From Saccostrea cucullata (Eukaryota), in the NCBI RefSeq assembly GCF_032062105.1, contig NW_026932596.1, positions 1 through 64,000 on the forward strand: a DNA stretch of 64,000 nt. Direction: 5' to 3'. The position numbers and the translations under genes are program-made. The notes under the pieces were generated by a model. That model saw only the letters and a program-made list of their open reading frames with translations. It did not search any database and had not been told where the DNA came from. Positions 63,115-64,000 of this stretch are shown in pieces (the first letter of the stretch is position 1; each line of letters starts with the position of its first letter).

Positions 63115-64000
63115 CGATTTTTTTTTTTGAAAATTGAAACAAAGAAGATCCACTGCACTTTTTAGACTCTTTTCTGATCCATCAAGAAAAAGAACTACAT
63201 GTATGTCATCTGCATATTGTATAAAACAAACTTTTTTCTTCCCTATTTTAATGCCTTTGAAGTTTCTATTTTGTCGAATCATGTGACCTAAAATTTCTAC
63301 ACAAAGATTAAAGGGTAAGGAGATGCTGGGTCACCTCGACGACAACTCCTACCAATTAAAAAAAAAATACCATTCTGAATAACACAAATATTAGCTTTAT
63401 TATATAATGCTGAAACCCATTTATGAGATAAGGAACAAAATTAAAGAATTTAAAAATATTATACATAAATTTCCATGATAAAGAATCAAATGCTTTCTCA
63501 AGTTCAAAAAGTAATATCATACCAGGAATATGTTTTTCATGTACAGTTTTATTTACATTATAAATTATATTCGTGTATTCTCTCAACCTTTTTATTTGTT
63601 ATTGATTACACAGCCAAAGACCTTTTTAAGTCTATTTGCAATGCACGCAGATGCGATTTTTTATGTTTCATTTATAAAAGATATTAGACGAAAATTTTCT
63701 AGTTTAATCTCCCTTTTGTAAAATTTATATAATTCTTTTTGTCTGCATAATTTATAGTTCTCCTTTTCAAAAACCTAAGTTTATTGATCTTATTAAAATG
63801 CTTTCTAAATCGTTCTAGAAATATTTGAAAAAATCTGTTGTGAAACCATGGCTTTTTTCATATCTTTAAAAGCAGAGAGGGCTTCCTCTCGAGTTATGAT
63901 ATCTTCCAAGCTATTAGACAAATGTTCATCCAAAGCAAATATATCTTCTTTATTGATGATGGTTTTACGTTTACATCAGTAAGCTTGTTGTCACAACAGG
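63110..64000 (-). mobile_element. Old L1/Tx1 element, upstream part of degraded ORF2 (continues beyond the window)
   Basis: ORFs 63356-63586 (PGMILLFELEKAFDSLSW) and 63061-63282 (QYADD..LFLDGSEKSL). Joins 58887 across the young element. Confidence 0.85.

Overview
This is AT-rich eukaryotic (animal) DNA. Its repeats (Cg170-like satellite monomers inside Helitron/Helentron-type elements, Meta+Deu tRNA-SINEs) suggest a bivalve, probably an oyster (inference). One host gene is clear: a very-large-inducible-GTPase (VLIG/GVIN1/URGCP family) gene on the minus strand. It has a 7-kb coding exon (12572-19618) and a likely ATG-bearing micro-exon about 14 kb upstream. Its N-terminus carries a MACPF-like signature, followed by a degenerate P-loop, an intact VLIG G domain and a Cys/His-rich tail. 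The rest is mostly nested transposable elements: (1) an inverted pair of Penelope-like elements whose RT ends with no endonuclease, each with a hammerhead ribozyme in the 3' repeat; (2) other PLE fragments, one with GIY-YIG plus a minimal hammerhead and two Naiad-like with a conserved GC-rich 3' RNA motif; (3) a near-intact L1/Tx1 ORF2 element, with TSD and poly(A), inserted into an older antisense Tx1; (4) two SINEs with different heads but the same body; (5) nested Helentron-type elements, mariner/Kolobok/EnSpm-type non-autonomous DNA transposons, Crypton-like palindromes and a solo LTR. TACATGTA is strongly over-represented and appears as 6-bp insertions between paralogous copies, consistent with transposon excision footprints. 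No prokaryotic features, rRNA, genuine tRNA genes or CRISPR arrays were seen. All coordinates were read by eye, and family names come from motif recognition rather than database searches.
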